DNA of 64,000 bases, from positions 45,422-109,421 of the forward strand of contig QFXG01000028.1 in assembly GCA_003402285.1 (NCBI GenBank), read 5' to 3'. The notes beneath the pieces are model-generated. The model did no database searches and was not told the DNA's origin. It saw only the letters and a program-made list of their open reading frames with translations. The first letter of the stretch is position 1. The number at the start of each line of letters is the position of its first letter. This document shows, in pieces, positions 49,448 through 59,640 of the stretch. This stretch comes from Candidatus Nitrotoga sp. SPKER (lineage in GTDB: Bacteria; Pseudomonadota; Gammaproteobacteria; Burkholderiales; Gallionellaceae). Position numbers and translations under genes: made by a program.

Positions 49448-50457
49448 GCATCACGATTCAAAATTTGAATAAGCAGTTCGGCAATTTTACTGCGCTAAAC
49501 AACATCAATCTTGAAGTCAATAGCGGCGAATTGCTTGCGTTACTGGGACCTTCCGGGTGTGGCAAAACCTCGTTGCTACGCATTATCGGCGGACTGGATG
49601 TACAAAATTCCGGCAAAATACTTTTTCATGGTAAAGACGTTGAACAGCGCGATGCACGTGAGCGCAATGTCGGTTTCGTGTTCCAGCATTACGCGCTGTT
49701 CCGTCACATGACCGTGTTCGAAAATGTTGCTTTCGGTCTCCGCGTAAAACCGAAAAAGGAACGCCACACCGAAACTGAAATCAAGCGCCGCGTACATGAA
49801 CTGTTACAACTGGTGCAACTCGATTGGCTCGCGGATCGCTATCCAGCACAACTTTCCGGAGGCCAGCGACAACGCATTGCATTAGCACGCGCATTAGCAG
49901 TTGAACCACAAATCCTGCTGCTGGATGAACCATTTGGCGCGTTGGATACCAAGGTACGCAAAGAACTACGCCGCTGGTTGCGTCGCTTGCATGATGAACT
50001 TCATATCACCAGCGTATTCGTCACTCACGATCAGGAAGAAGCCCTGGAAGTGGCAGACCGCATCGTGGTCATGAACAAAGGCAACATTGAACAAGTGGGT
50101 TCACCCGATGACGTATATGCCAGCCCTGCCTCACCTTTCGTGTACCAATTCATTGGTAATGTAAATTTATTTCACAGCCGGACGCATGCCCTTTGGACGC
50201 AGCAACAAGGCGATGCCGTAGCCTACGTACGCCCGCATGACATTGACATTAGTCTGATACCGCAGCACTCTTCCCTGCCGGTAGTGGTGAAACAAGTGCG
50301 CGCCATCGGGTCGGTGGTACGACTGGAAGCAGTCATCGGGCATGATGGTGAAGTGGTGGAGATCGAACTAAGTCGCGAACGTTTCAACCTCACCCCGGTG
50401 GCTGTAGGTGATGAAATATTCATCCGGCCCCGGCAGATTAAACTGTTCGAAGAATAA
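49444..50457 (+). CDS. cysA: sulfate/thiosulfate ABC transporter ATP-binding protein CysA
   Basis: Walker [10 protein letters not shown], signature LSGGQRQR, Walker B LLLDEP, and a C-terminal TOBE-like domain. Confidence 0.95.
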   Translation: MSITIQNLNKQFGNFTALNNINLEVNSGELLALLGPSGCGKTSLLRIIGGLDVQNSGKILFHGKDVEQRDARERNVGFVFQHYALFRHMTVFENVAFGLRVKPKKERHTETEIKRRVHELLQLVQLDWLADRYPAQLSGGQRQRIALARALAVEPQILLLDEPFGALDTKVRKELRRWLRRLHDELHITSVFVTHDQEEALEVADRIVVMNKGNIEQVGSPDDVYASPASPFVYQFIGNVNLFHSRTHALWTQQQGDAVAYVRPHDIDISLIPQHSSLPVVVKQVRAIGSVVRLEAVIGHDGEVVEIELSRERFNLTPVAVGDEIFIRPRQIKLFEE

Positions 50458-50468
50458 TAGAGGAACTC

Positions 50469-51401
50469 ATGAATTTTCAACAATTGCGTATCATCCGCGA
50501 AACGGTCGCAAACAATTTCAATCTCACCGAGGCAGCTAACGCACTGTTTACCTCACAGTCGGGCGTCTCCAAACACATTAAAGATTTAGAAGATGAACTG
50601 GGCATTGAGTTATTCGTGCGTAAAGGTAAACGACTGTTGGGATTGACCGAACCCGGACGTGAACTTGTAGGAATCGTTAATCGTATTTTATTGGATGCGA
50701 AAAATATAACAAACTTAGCTAACCAATATAGCGGACGTGATGAAGGTCGCCTTACTCTGGTTGCTACACATACTCAAGCACGCTACGCCCTGCCTCAAGT
50801 GGTGACGAAATTCAAGAAAGCATTCCCCAAGGTGCATTTAAAACTACACCAGGCCAGTCCTAATGAAATAGTTTCCATGCTGCTCGATGGCCAGGCAGAT
50901 ATAGGCGTGGCCACTGAAGCACTGTCCGATGTTACCGGACTCGATATATTTCCTTATTACTCCTGGCACCATGCAGTCATTGTGCCTGCCGGACATCCGT
51001 TAGAGAATGTTCATCCGATCTTGCTGGAAGCGATTGCGGATTACCCCATCATCACCTACCACGATGGCCTAACCGGACGGACCGGAATAGACCAGTCTTT
51101 CGCTACGGCGGGACTGGAACCAGACATCGTCATGTCCGCACTGGATGCAGACGTAATTAAGACCTATGTCGAGCTGGGACTAGGCATTGGAATCATTGCT
51201 TCAATGGCATTCAATCCATCCAAGGATACCGAGCTTCGTTTACTCGACAGCACCCACTTGTTTGGCAAAAACACCACTTATATCGCTTTGCGGCACGGAC
51301 ACTATCTACGCAACTTTGCATACCGTTTCATCGAGCTGTGTTCTCCTGCACTTGATGAAGCGGTAATTCGTGCTGGTGTGGCACCCCTTCAAGCTGATTA
51401 A
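50469..51401 (+). CDS. cysB: CysB-family LysR-type transcriptional regulator
   Basis: MNFQQLRIIRE...NLTEAANALFTSQSGVSKHIKDLE is a CysB/Cbl-type HTH. It lies immediately downstream of cysTWA. Confidence 0.88.
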   Translation: MNFQQLRIIRETVANNFNLTEAANALFTSQSGVSKHIKDLEDELGIELFVRKGKRLLGLTEPGRELVGIVNRILLDAKNITNLANQYSGRDEGRLTLVATHTQARYALPQVVTKFKKAFPKVHLKLHQASPNEIVSMLLDGQADIGVATEALSDVTGLDIFPYYSWHHAVIVPAGHPLENVHPILLEAIADYPIITYHDGLTGRTGIDQSFATAGLEPDIVMSALDADVIKTYVELGLGIGIIASMAFNPSKDTELRLLDSTHLFGKNTTYIALRHGHYLRNFAYRFIELCSPALDEAVIRAGVAPLQAD

Positions 51402-53125
51402 TCAACGTTCAACTTCTCCAGCAATTCACGTATTTTTAACGGATCGTTAGCACGCAATATTCTTTGCGTCAGCGTATCAAGCTCTGGCAGGTTTGTGTTT
51501 AGTACACACTGCTTAACACTAAGCAGTTGCGCTGAATTCATGGAGAATTGACGCAAACCGAGACCAAGCAGCAGACGAGCGTAGTCGGCATTACCAGCCA
51601 TTTCTCCGCATACTGAAATCGGAATACCCGCCTTATTGGCGTTACCAATGATGTGCGCCAACAGGTATAAAATAGCGGGATGCAACGGATCATATAAGTG
51701 AGCAACCTCTTCATCGGTACGGTCTATTGCCAACGTATACTGAATCAAATCGTTGGTACCAATGGAAAGAAAATCCAGCTTCTTGATAAATACATCAAGC
51801 ACCAGAGCAGCAGCAGGAATTTCTATCATGCCGCCAATTTGTATTTCCCGATTATAGGGAATACCTTCATCATCCAGCCCTTGCTTGACATGACCGATGA
51901 ATTGCAACATCTGGTTAATTTCCGACACACCGGAAAGCATGGGTATCAGTATTTTTACGTTGCCATAATGCGAAGCGCGTAACAAGGCACGCAATTGAGT
52001 ACGAAACATTTGCGGTTCAACCAGACACAGTCGGATCGCGCGCAAACCCAATGCGGGGTTACTGGCAACCCGTTGGGCACCATTCAGTTGTTTGTCCGCA
52101 CCAAGATCAAAGGTACGAATGGTGACGGGCAGTCCTTTCATTCCTTCTGCCACAGTGCGATAAGCTATAAACTGTTCTTCTTCATCCGGCAGGACATCAC
52201 GATTAAGGAACAGAAATTCGCTACGAAATAAGCCTATACCCGTTGCACCATTTTCATAAACTTCCGCCAAATCTTGTGGAAGCTCAATATTCGCGTGCAG
52301 CTCGATAGCAGTACCGTCTAGTGTATTGGCAGGGGTGGATTTGAGACACTTAAGTTTTTTCCGATTTTCTTCCCAGTGGTTTTGAATCAGTTTGTATTGA
52401 ACCAGAACCTGTTCATCCGGGTTAACAATAACTACACCTTGCCTACCATCCACGATGACCAGATCGTTCTCACGCATCAACTGGCGCGCACGATGCAAAC
52501 CCACCACGCAAGGCGTACTCAGACCACGCGCTATGATGGCAGTGTGCGAGGTGGCACCGCCCAAATCGGTAAGAATGGCGCAAAAATGTTGCGGCTTAAG
52601 TTGAATCAAATCAGCCGGGCTAATATCGTGTGCAACTAAAATCATTTTCACGCCAGGTAGGGTGGCAGGCGGCACATAGCCCGGCTGGCCGATCAGTTTC
52701 TTAAGCACGCGCTCCACTACCTGTACCACGTCAGTTTTACGTTCACGCAGATAAATATCGTCAAACGCCTCGAATTGAGCTACCAGAGCATCCATCTGTA
52801 TCTTGAGCGCCCATTCTGCATTACATTGTTCGCGCTCTATCATTTTGCGGGACGCCAGCTCGATGTGCTCATCGGCCAAAATCATCAAATGCAGATCGAG
52901 AAAAGCATCAAACTCTGCCGCTGCATGTAGCGGACGATTGCTGCGCAATCCAGCTAGTTCCTGGCGCGTGCTTTCCATCGCCGCGTCGAAGCGCGCAACT
53001 TCCTCATGCACCAGATACTTGGGCATCACATAGTGCACAACTTCTAACACAGTATGTGAAACAAGATGAACATGACCGATGGCAATACCACTGGAAACTG
53101 GAATGCCATGCAGGGTAAAACTCAT
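51398..53125 (-). CDS. ptsI: phosphoenolpyruvate--protein phosphotransferase (PTS Enzyme I)
   Basis: GGATSHTAIIARGL (phospho-His) and a PEP-utilising TIM barrel (FLSIGTNDLIQY). Confidence 0.95.
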   Translation of the reverse strand: MSFTLHGIPVSSGIAIGHVHLVSHTVLEVVHYVMPKYLVHEEVARFDAAMESTRQELAGLRSNRPLHAAAEFDAFLDLHLMILADEHIELASRKMIEREQCNAEWALKIQMDALVAQFEAFDDIYLRERKTDVVQVVERVLKKLIGQPGYVPPATLPGVKMILVAHDISPADLIQLKPQHFCAILTDLGGATSHTAIIARGLSTPCVVGLHRARQLMRENDLVIVDGRQGVVIVNPDEQVLVQYKLIQNHWEENRKKLKCLKSTPANTLDGTAIELHANIELPQDLAEVYENGATGIGLFRSEFLFLNRDVLPDEEEQFIAYRTVAEGMKGLPVTIRTFDLGADKQLNGAQRVASNPALGLRAIRLCLVEPQMFRTQLRALLRASHYGNVKILIPMLSGVSEINQMLQFIGHVKQGLDDEGIPYNREIQIGGMIEIPAAALVLDVFIKKLDFLSIGTNDLIQYTLAIDRTDEEVAHLYDPLHPAILYLLAHIIGNANKAGIPISVCGEMAGNADYARLLLGLGLRQFSMNSAQLLSVKQCVLNTNLPELDTLTQRILRANDPLKIRELLEKLNVD

Positions 53126-53391
53126 GCACCTTCCCCAAAATAATCATTAATCAGGGCAACAATTGCATCCATCGCCTCCCCCTCTTTTTCGCCACTGGTT
53201 TCAATGTTAATGGTGCTCCCTTTGGCAGCGGCCAACATCATTACACCCATAATACTTTTTGCGTTCACACGTCGACCCGCACGTGACAGCCATACCTCGC
53301 AAGGAAACTTTGATGCAAGTTGAGTCAACTTGGACGAAGCACGCGCATGCAGCCCCAATTTGTTAATGATTTGTGCATCTTGATTCAACAT
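53122..53391 (-). CDS. ptsH: HPr phosphocarrier protein
   Basis: IINKLGLHARAS (active-site His) and GEKEGEAMDAIVALI. The start at 53391 is preferred over the ORF-track start at 53403. Confidence 0.9.
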   Translation of the reverse strand: MLNQDAQIINKLGLHARASSKLTQLASKFPCEVWLSRAGRRVNAKSIMGVMMLAAAKGSTINIETSGEKEGEAMDAIVALINDYFGEGA

Positions 53392-53788
53392 GACATCCCT
53401 CATCCGTATTCATTAAAACGATACATTCACGGCCTCCTTCCAACGCCTTCTGGGCGACTTCGGCCAGCGGCTTGTGGCGATAGCAAACTGCGCGCAACAA
53501 CATAGGCAGATTGACACCAGCCACCCCTAGCGCCCGGCCAGGCTCAAACAGCCGCCGTCCAATATTGCACGGGGTCGCACCAATCAGGTCGGACAACATC
53601 AATACACCTTCTCCTGTGTCCAATTCCGCCATGAGTTCGCGCCCTTCTTCTACTTTACGCTGAGGGTCGTCATCCGCCAGAACCGACAATACCCTCAAAT
53701 TAAGCGACACATCGCCCATAACATGCCGTACGCAATCAACCAGGCTATCACCGAGACCATTGTGGGTTATCAATAAAATTCCGATCAC
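53363..53788 (-). CDS. PTS EIIA component, mannose/fructose family
   Basis: MIGILLITHNGLGDSL (active-site His). Its 3' end overlaps the HPr start by about 29 nt. Confidence 0.85.
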   Translation of the reverse strand: MIGILLITHNGLGDSLVDCVRHVMGDVSLNLRVLSVLADDDPQRKVEEGRELMAELDTGEGVLMLSDLIGATPCNIGRRLFEPGRALGVAGVNLPMLLRAVCYRHKPLAEVAQKALEGGRECIVLMNTDEGCHVESRCTNH

Positions 53789-53836
53789 GTCAAACTCCTA
53801 GACATAAAACAACGGAAAACAATCAGCAAACTTGAA

Positions 53837-55108
53837 TCACGCTTCCATTTCTTCCAGCTCTAACGCCGCCGCCAACAATGCAATTCTAGCCACGACAGCG
53901 TATGCGTAAAAGCGGTTCGGCATATCGTCCGGTGCGCAATCCGGGTTAGGCAAAATACAGCTGGTATCAAACGCCAGCGGAACAAAGTGCATGCCCGGTG
54001 CATTAAGATTCTCATCCACAGCACGTCCGGTATGCACGCGATAGAAACCGCCCACCACGAAATGGTCGACCATATACACCACCGGCTCGGCGACCGCATC
54101 ATTAATACTCTCAAAAGTATAGACACCTTCCTGCACCAACACATCGGAAACGTGCATACCTTCTTTCACCACAGCCATTTTGTTGCGTTGTTTGCGATTG
54201 AGACTCCGTACTTCACTGGCGTCCTTCACAGTCATGATACCCATGCCGTAAGTGCCGGCATCGGCCTTGACGATAACAAATGGAGCCTCCTTGACACCAT
54301 ATTCAGCATACTTCACTCGCATCTTTTGCAGAATGCTGTCCACATGCGTGGCTAAACATTCCTCACTGGAACTCTGCTTAAAATCAACCTGGCCGCAGCT
54401 AGCAAAATAAGGGTTAATCAGCCAGGGATCTATGTCCAGCAGCTTGGCAAATTCAGCCGCCACACGGTCATACGCACTGAAATGCTGCGACTTCCGCCGT
54501 GTGGTCCAACCCGCCGCCAGCGGCGGAAGCGTGGTCTGCTCCAGATCTTTCAAGATATCCGGCACACCAGCAGAAAGATCATTATTGAGCAACACTACAC
54601 ACGGATCAAAATTTTCCAGCACCAAACGGTTTCCTTTACGCTGCAAAGGTTCCAGCGTGAGTGTGCTGCCATTGGGCAATGCCAGTTTGGTGGCCTGAGT
54701 AATTTCCGGCAACATGGTGCCAATACGCACATTCATCCCCGCCCGTTTAAGAATCAAGGCAAGCTGAGCCACGTTTTGCAGGTAAAACGTGTTACGTGTG
54801 TGATTCTCGGGAATCAATAGAACGCCGCGCGCTTCTGGGCAGATTTTTTCAATCGCGCTTTGTGCAGCTTGCACGCACAACGGCAAAAAATCGGGATTAA
54901 GATTGTTAAAGCCGCCCGGGAACAAATTAGTATCCACCGGTGCCAGCTTGAAACCACTATTACGCAAATCCACCGAAGTGTAAAACGGTATAGTGCGCTC
55001 TGCCCATTGCGAGCGAAACCAGTGCTCGATAGTGGGCTGTGCGTCGAGCATCCGCCGCTCGAGATCAAGCAGTGGTCCATTTAGGGCAGTAGTAAGATGT
55101 GGAATCAT
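53837..55108 (-). CDS. gshA: glutamate--cysteine ligase (GshA, short proteobacterial type)
   Basis: ...PFYTSVDLRNSGFKLAPVDTNLFPGGFNNL... is characteristic of this GshA family. Confidence 0.88.
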   Translation of the reverse strand: MIPHLTTALNGPLLDLERRMLDAQPTIEHWFRSQWAERTIPFYTSVDLRNSGFKLAPVDTNLFPGGFNNLNPDFLPLCVQAAQSAIEKICPEARGVLLIPENHTRNTFYLQNVAQLALILKRAGMNVRIGTMLPEITQATKLALPNGSTLTLEPLQRKGNRLVLENFDPCVVLLNNDLSAGVPDILKDLEQTTLPPLAAGWTTRRKSQHFSAYDRVAAEFAKLLDIDPWLINPYFASCGQVDFKQSSSEECLATHVDSILQKMRVKYAEYGVKEAPFVIVKADAGTYGMGIMTVKDASEVRSLNRKQRNKMAVVKEGMHVSDVLVQEGVYTFESINDAVAEPVVYMVDHFVVGGFYRVHTGRAVDENLNAPGMHFVPLAFDTSCILPNPDCAPDDMPNRFYAYAVVARIALLAAALELEEMEA

Positions 55109-55227
55109 AGGATCTTTATATATGGGCTATTAAAAAGAAATACAAAGCGGACATTGTAGCCCAGCCGCCCTGACCGGTGTGAGTTGCACACGTGATAGAA
55201 TGTGCGCCTTAATTTTTTGAGTACGCC

Positions 55228-56826
55228 ATGTTATCTACCGCTAATATCACGATGCAATTCGGCGCCAAGCCGCTGTTCGAAAACGTTTCTGTAAAATTTG
55301 GAGATGGCAATCGCTATGGCCTGATCGGCGCGAATGGCTGCGGCAAATCCACCTTCATGAAAATTTTAGGCGGAGATCTGGCGCAAACTTCTGGTCATGT
55401 AATGCTGGATAAAGGCGAACGCCTAGGCAAACTGCGCCAGGATCAATTTGCTTTTGAGGACAATACCGTATTAGAAGTAGTGATGATGGGACACGCCGAA
55501 ATGTGGGAAGTCATGGTAGAGCGCGATGCAATCTATGCCAACCCGGATGCCAGCGAAGAAGATTACATGCACGCCGCCAACCTTGAAGCGAAATTTGCCG
55601 AATTCGATGGTTACACAGCCGAAGCACGTGCGGGCGAATTACTTAACGGTGTAGGAATTCCTCAAGAGCTACACAATGGGCCGATGCGTGCGATCGCACC
55701 AGGTTTTAAATTGCGTGTGCTATTAGCCCAAGCACTATTTGCCGATCCTGAAATTTTGTTGCTGGACGAACCAACCAACAACCTCGACATCAACACCATA
55801 CGTTGGCTGGAAGATCTACTGAACGCCCGCAAAAGCACCATGATAATCATCTCGCATGATCGCCATTTCCTGAACAGCGTGTGTACCCATATGTCTGATC
55901 TGGACTATGGCAAAATCACCACTTTCCCCGGCAATTATGACAATTACATGCTGGCCTCCTTGACCGTGCGTACGCAACTCGCCACTGATAATGCCCGCGC
56001 CAAGGAAAAAGTTGCTGAACTCAAAGCATTCGTGGCGCGCTTCTCGGCGAATGCATCGAAGTCAACCCAGGCGCAATCCAGGGCGAAACAGATCGACAAA
56101 ATCAAAATCGAAGACATTAAGCCATCTACCCGCCAATATCCCTTCATGCGCTTTGAATATGATGAACGCGAGAAACTGCATCGCGTTGCGGTGGAAGTAC
56201 AAAAAATGAGCAAAGGGTTTGATCGACCGCTATTTTCTAATTTCAATTTCCGTGTTGAAGCCGGGGAACGCGTCGCCATCATCGGCCCCAACGGTATTGG
56301 AAAAACCACCTTACTACGCTGCCTGGCGGGCGACCTTGAAGTAGATAACGGCACCATTAAATGGACAGACAAAGCCAACGTCGGATACTTCGCACAAGAT
56401 CACGCACATAACTTCGTCAAAGATGACTCCCTCACCGATTGGATGACTTATTGGAGACGCGAAGGAGATGACGATCAAAAGGTACGCAGCGTTCTTGGAC
56501 GTTTACTGTTCTCCGGCGACGAAGTTAAAAAAAGCGTAAAGGTGTTATCGGGTGGTGAAAAAGGACGCATGATGTTCGGCAAACTCATGCTGCAAAGACC
56601 CAACGTATTATTGATGGATGAGCCAACCAATCACCTTGACATGGAATCCATCGAGTCACTCAACACCGCGCTGACGGAATACAAAGGCACGCTCATATTT
56701 GTCAGCCATGACCGCGAATTTGTAACTTCACTCGCTACGCGTATTATCGAAATTACCCCGCAAGGTATATCAGACTATCATGGTACGTATGAGGAATATC
56801 TGCGTGATCAAGGCGTGACGATATGA
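55228..56826 (+). CDS. ybiT: ABC-F family ATPase YbiT
   Basis: Two ABC cassettes. The N-terminus [46 protein letters not shown] is nearly colinear with E. coli YbiT. Confidence 0.92.
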   Translation: MLSTANITMQFGAKPLFENVSVKFGDGNRYGLIGANGCGKSTFMKILGGDLAQTSGHVMLDKGERLGKLRQDQFAFEDNTVLEVVMMGHAEMWEVMVERDAIYANPDASEEDYMHAANLEAKFAEFDGYTAEARAGELLNGVGIPQELHNGPMRAIAPGFKLRVLLAQALFADPEILLLDEPTNNLDINTIRWLEDLLNARKSTMIIISHDRHFLNSVCTHMSDLDYGKITTFPGNYDNYMLASLTVRTQLATDNARAKEKVAELKAFVARFSANASKSTQAQSRAKQIDKIKIEDIKPSTRQYPFMRFEYDEREKLHRVAVEVQKMSKGFDRPLFSNFNFRVEAGERVAIIGPNGIGKTTLLRCLAGDLEVDNGTIKWTDKANVGYFAQDHAHNFVKDDSLTDWMTYWRREGDDDQKVRSVLGRLLFSGDEVKKSVKVLSGGEKGRMMFGKLMLQRPNVLLMDEPTNHLDMESIESLNTALTEYKGTLIFVSHDREFVTSLATRIIEITPQGISDYHGTYEEYLRDQGVTI

Positions 56827-56926
56827 ATGTGTAGCAAGTCTATGGCTGTACAAAAGCATCGCTGTGGGCGCTCTATTTTTTTATGATTCTGAGCCCCACT
56901 CTCGACACAAAGCAGAAGTCCACCTT

Positions 56927-56976
56927 TTCACTGTTTTAAAGTCATTTCTAATTCACTGTTTTAAAGTCATTTCTAA
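56927..56976 (+). repeat. Perfect tandem duplication, 2 x 25 bp (TTCACTGTTTTAAAGTCATTTCTAA)
   Basis: Read directly: copies at 56927-56951 and 56952-56976, ending 61 nt upstream of the DUF3800 ATG. Confidence 0.95.
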
Positions 56977-57037
56977 CTAATAGTTATACAAAATTTAGGA
57001 TACTCTCTGCTTCCAAAGCTCAGCCAAACTCTCTCAC

Positions 57038-58129
57038 ATGAGTATTTCATTCTTTTTCGATGAAAGTGGTCACAGTGGCGACGCCGTGAATTCTGGAGAC
57101 GCCTACGATTTCATAGACCAGCCTTACTTTGTGCTTGCATGCTTGGGTATAAAGGACGAAACGAAACTGGTCCAGCAGATCAATACATTGAAAATTACTC
57201 ATCGGATACCAGTGGGAGAATTGAAGTCGAAGTTACTACAGAATCGTCCATCTTTCGTATCCGATCTGCTGTCCTTAGTATGCGACCAAAGATTGCCGTT
57301 CTTCGTTGAAGTAGTCGACAAAAGGTATTTCGTGTGCATGCATCTAGTCAATAGTCAGTTATTGCCTGCAATCATGGGGTACAGAGATGGCCCCGAAATG
57401 CATTTTCTCAAAAATCATCTTGTGGATTTTCTGTACGACGAAATATCAGATCATGTTCTAAATCGATTCGTCGCAGCTTGCATGGAGCCGTCCGACGATT
57501 CGTTAATGAGCGCATTTGGAAGTCAACTGCTGTTCTCCGCCGGAAAATGTTCGGCCTCAGGCGCTCAGGGTACACGTGACAGTATGCATCACATGGTTAG
57601 CGAAGTGATAAAGGAGTATGGTGAAATGCGAATGAAAGATACTGAAGCCTACCTCCAATTTCTGCCTTCCCCTGATTTTAACAAGCGAGGCAAGCAGGTC
57701 TGGATGCTTCCAAATCTCTCATCATTCACAAATATCTATGCCAGGATAAATCTGTTCCGCAAAGGAAAGCTGGCGGGTGCGCGGCTTGTCCATGACCAAC
57801 AACTTGAGTTGGAAGATATTCTTCTCAACTCCAAGCGCGCAGCAGAATCCATTAAGGACTCTAAGATCAAACCGTTCACACCTCATTCGGACTATCTGTT
57901 CAGTGAGAACGCCTCTCTCGAATTCGTGCCGTCCCATGAGTGCATTGGTATTCAGTTAGCCGATGTGATTGCGGGTACAGTAATGCGGTTTTATCGTGCT
58001 CGGTTGCGCGGAAGTACAGCGTACTCGCCGGAGACGGCGGCAGTTGTAATGAAGCTATTGCGAAGATCTGATGCATCTACTGGCATCGGTATGTATCAGG
58101 TCGTTCCCCAACGTTTTGTGTTGAAGTGA
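57038..58129 (+). CDS. DUF3800 domain protein
   Basis: N-terminal FFFDESGHSGD and C-terminal IQLADVIAGTV motifs typical of DUF3800. No SD before the ATG. Confidence 0.75.
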   Translation: MSISFFFDESGHSGDAVNSGDAYDFIDQPYFVLACLGIKDETKLVQQINTLKITHRIPVGELKSKLLQNRPSFVSDLLSLVCDQRLPFFVEVVDKRYFVCMHLVNSQLLPAIMGYRDGPEMHFLKNHLVDFLYDEISDHVLNRFVAACMEPSDDSLMSAFGSQLLFSAGKCSASGAQGTRDSMHHMVSEVIKEYGEMRMKDTEAYLQFLPSPDFNKRGKQVWMLPNLSSFTNIYARINLFRKGKLAGARLVHDQQLELEDILLNSKRAAESIKDSKIKPFTPHSDYLFSENASLEFVPSHECIGIQLADVIAGTVMRFYRARLRGSTAYSPETAAVVMKLLRRSDASTGIGMYQVVPQRFVLK

Positions 58130-58348
58130 ATATTCAACTGTGTTTAGGTAAAATACAAGCCTGCATCGCTAACGTCGACCAGTTTTGCTGACTTCCTACT
58201 GATCTATAGTTTCAACCTCCCATTCACGGCATCGAAAATCCAGATGGTTCCAGTGCGGCATTGGCACAAAGCAATCTGTCGAGTCGGAAACCCACACCTT
58301 ATTCAAGCTAACCTGCTGCTTTTTTGGTTGACGGTTCAGCTAGACAAT

Positions 58349-58930
58349 TCATGCGTTCGCCGATCCCATATTGTCAGAAATAGCACACTTGTCGTCGTCA
58401 CAACCTCCACTCCCTGCAGCAGCTTGCTCTTGCTCTTGATTACTATTGGGATCGATCGCAACCTCACTCACCAGTTGGCCAATCATTGCTCCCACACGCA
58501 AATCATCCATACGGCCGAAATGATTGAGTCGGATGCGTCCTTGCTGATCTAAAATAATCAGCGTCGGTGTGCCTCTCATACCAAATAGTTCCATCGTATG
58601 GGGAATGTTGCCTGATATTGATGGTCGATCTACAGCAACCGGGAAACGGATACGGTATTCATAAAGAAACGCCTCTAAAGCTACGGGGGTCATTGCGCTG
58701 TGATGCTCAAAGACACTGTGAATGCCGATCACGGCAACATCTGCTGCCGGAAAAGTCTCATGGATAGCCGCAGCTTGTGGCAGACCATGTGACACACAAC
58801 CAGGACATAGCATCTGGAATGCGTGCAGGACAACCACGCGTCCGCGTAAATCTGCAAGCGTAATAGAACGTAGTGTATTAAGCCATTGAGATACCTGTAA
58901 TTCTGGAGCAACTGAGTTAATGTTAGGCAT
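58349..58930 (-). CDS. thioredoxin-fold redoxin (TlpA/AhpC-TSA-like)
   Basis: LADLRGRVVVLHAFQMLCPGCVSHGLP, with a CPGC active site. Confidence 0.8.
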   Translation of the reverse strand: MPNINSVAPELQVSQWLNTLRSITLADLRGRVVVLHAFQMLCPGCVSHGLPQAAAIHETFPAADVAVIGIHSVFEHHSAMTPVALEAFLYEYRIRFPVAVDRPSISGNIPHTMELFGMRGTPTLIILDQQGRIRLNHFGRMDDLRVGAMIGQLVSEVAIDPNSNQEQEQAAAGSGGCDDDKCAISDNMGSANA

Positions 58931-58998
58931 ACTATTCTTCCTGATTAAAGATTAAGTATTGCTGGGAGAGCCGAGGCCGCTCCCAGCAAAGCTGCTAG

Positions 58999-59544
58999 CT
59001 AGTCAGCTATGCGTAGATTTATTTTAGGAAAATCGACCGGCACATTAAAAGCCAAATTAACATAGTTGGTAAAAATGTTTAATGCGACGTGGGCCATGAT
59101 TTCAACGATCTGTTCATCGTTGAACCCCACCGATCTTAATTCAATGACATCGGCATCGGTGATTTGCGCACGATTGGCAACCAGCTTCAAGGCAAAACGC
59201 AAAACGGCGGCGGTTTGTGGGTCATCTGATTGACCGGCTTGAGCGGCTCCCATCTCAAGTGCAGAAACCCCGGCATTTTGACCCAACACTGTATGAGCTG
59301 CCAAGCAGTATTCGCAGCGGTTTCTGTCGGCAATTGCGACTGCAATTTTTTCCCCGAGCTTAGCGCCCAGAATGCCAGAACCAAGTGCGCCAAACGAACC
59401 TCACATACTTTTTAACGCCGCGGGTGAATTAGCCACTGCACGGAACATGTTTGGCACAGCGCCAAAAGCTCCATGAATTTGATTCAGAATAGCCTTGCGA
59501 TTTTCTGTAGTTACGTTAACGTTAATGAGTTGAACACGAGACAT
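58999..59544 (-). pseudogene. AhpD-like carboxymuconolactone decarboxylase family gene with an in-frame TGA at codon 48 (59401-59403)
   Basis: Hand translation from the ATG at 59544 (AAGGAAA SD) gives MSRVQLINVNVTTENRKAILNQIHGAFGAVPNMFRAVANSPAALKSM-TGA-GSFGALGSGILGAKLGEKIAVAIADRNRCEYCLAAHTVLGQ..., which continues into track ORF 58999-59304. The CxxC motif is intact. Confidence 0.8.
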
Positions 59545-59640
59545 GATAAATTTTCCTTTATATATTCATTGATTAAGATAAATCTACCGCACTTTTCCAA
59601 TAAATGGAGCGCATACCGTTTTAACGATGCAATTCAACAG

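Noticed and set aside
59401-59403. Reading the TGA in the AhpD-like gene as selenocysteine
   Set aside because: The redox CxxC (CEYC) is intact and lies elsewhere. The stop aligns with a Leu/Trp/Tyr position rather than a catalytic Cys. I could not fold a SECIS-like hairpin in the 40 nt downstream, which shows only a direct repeat TTCTGG...TTCTGG. This is kept as a check, not a claim.
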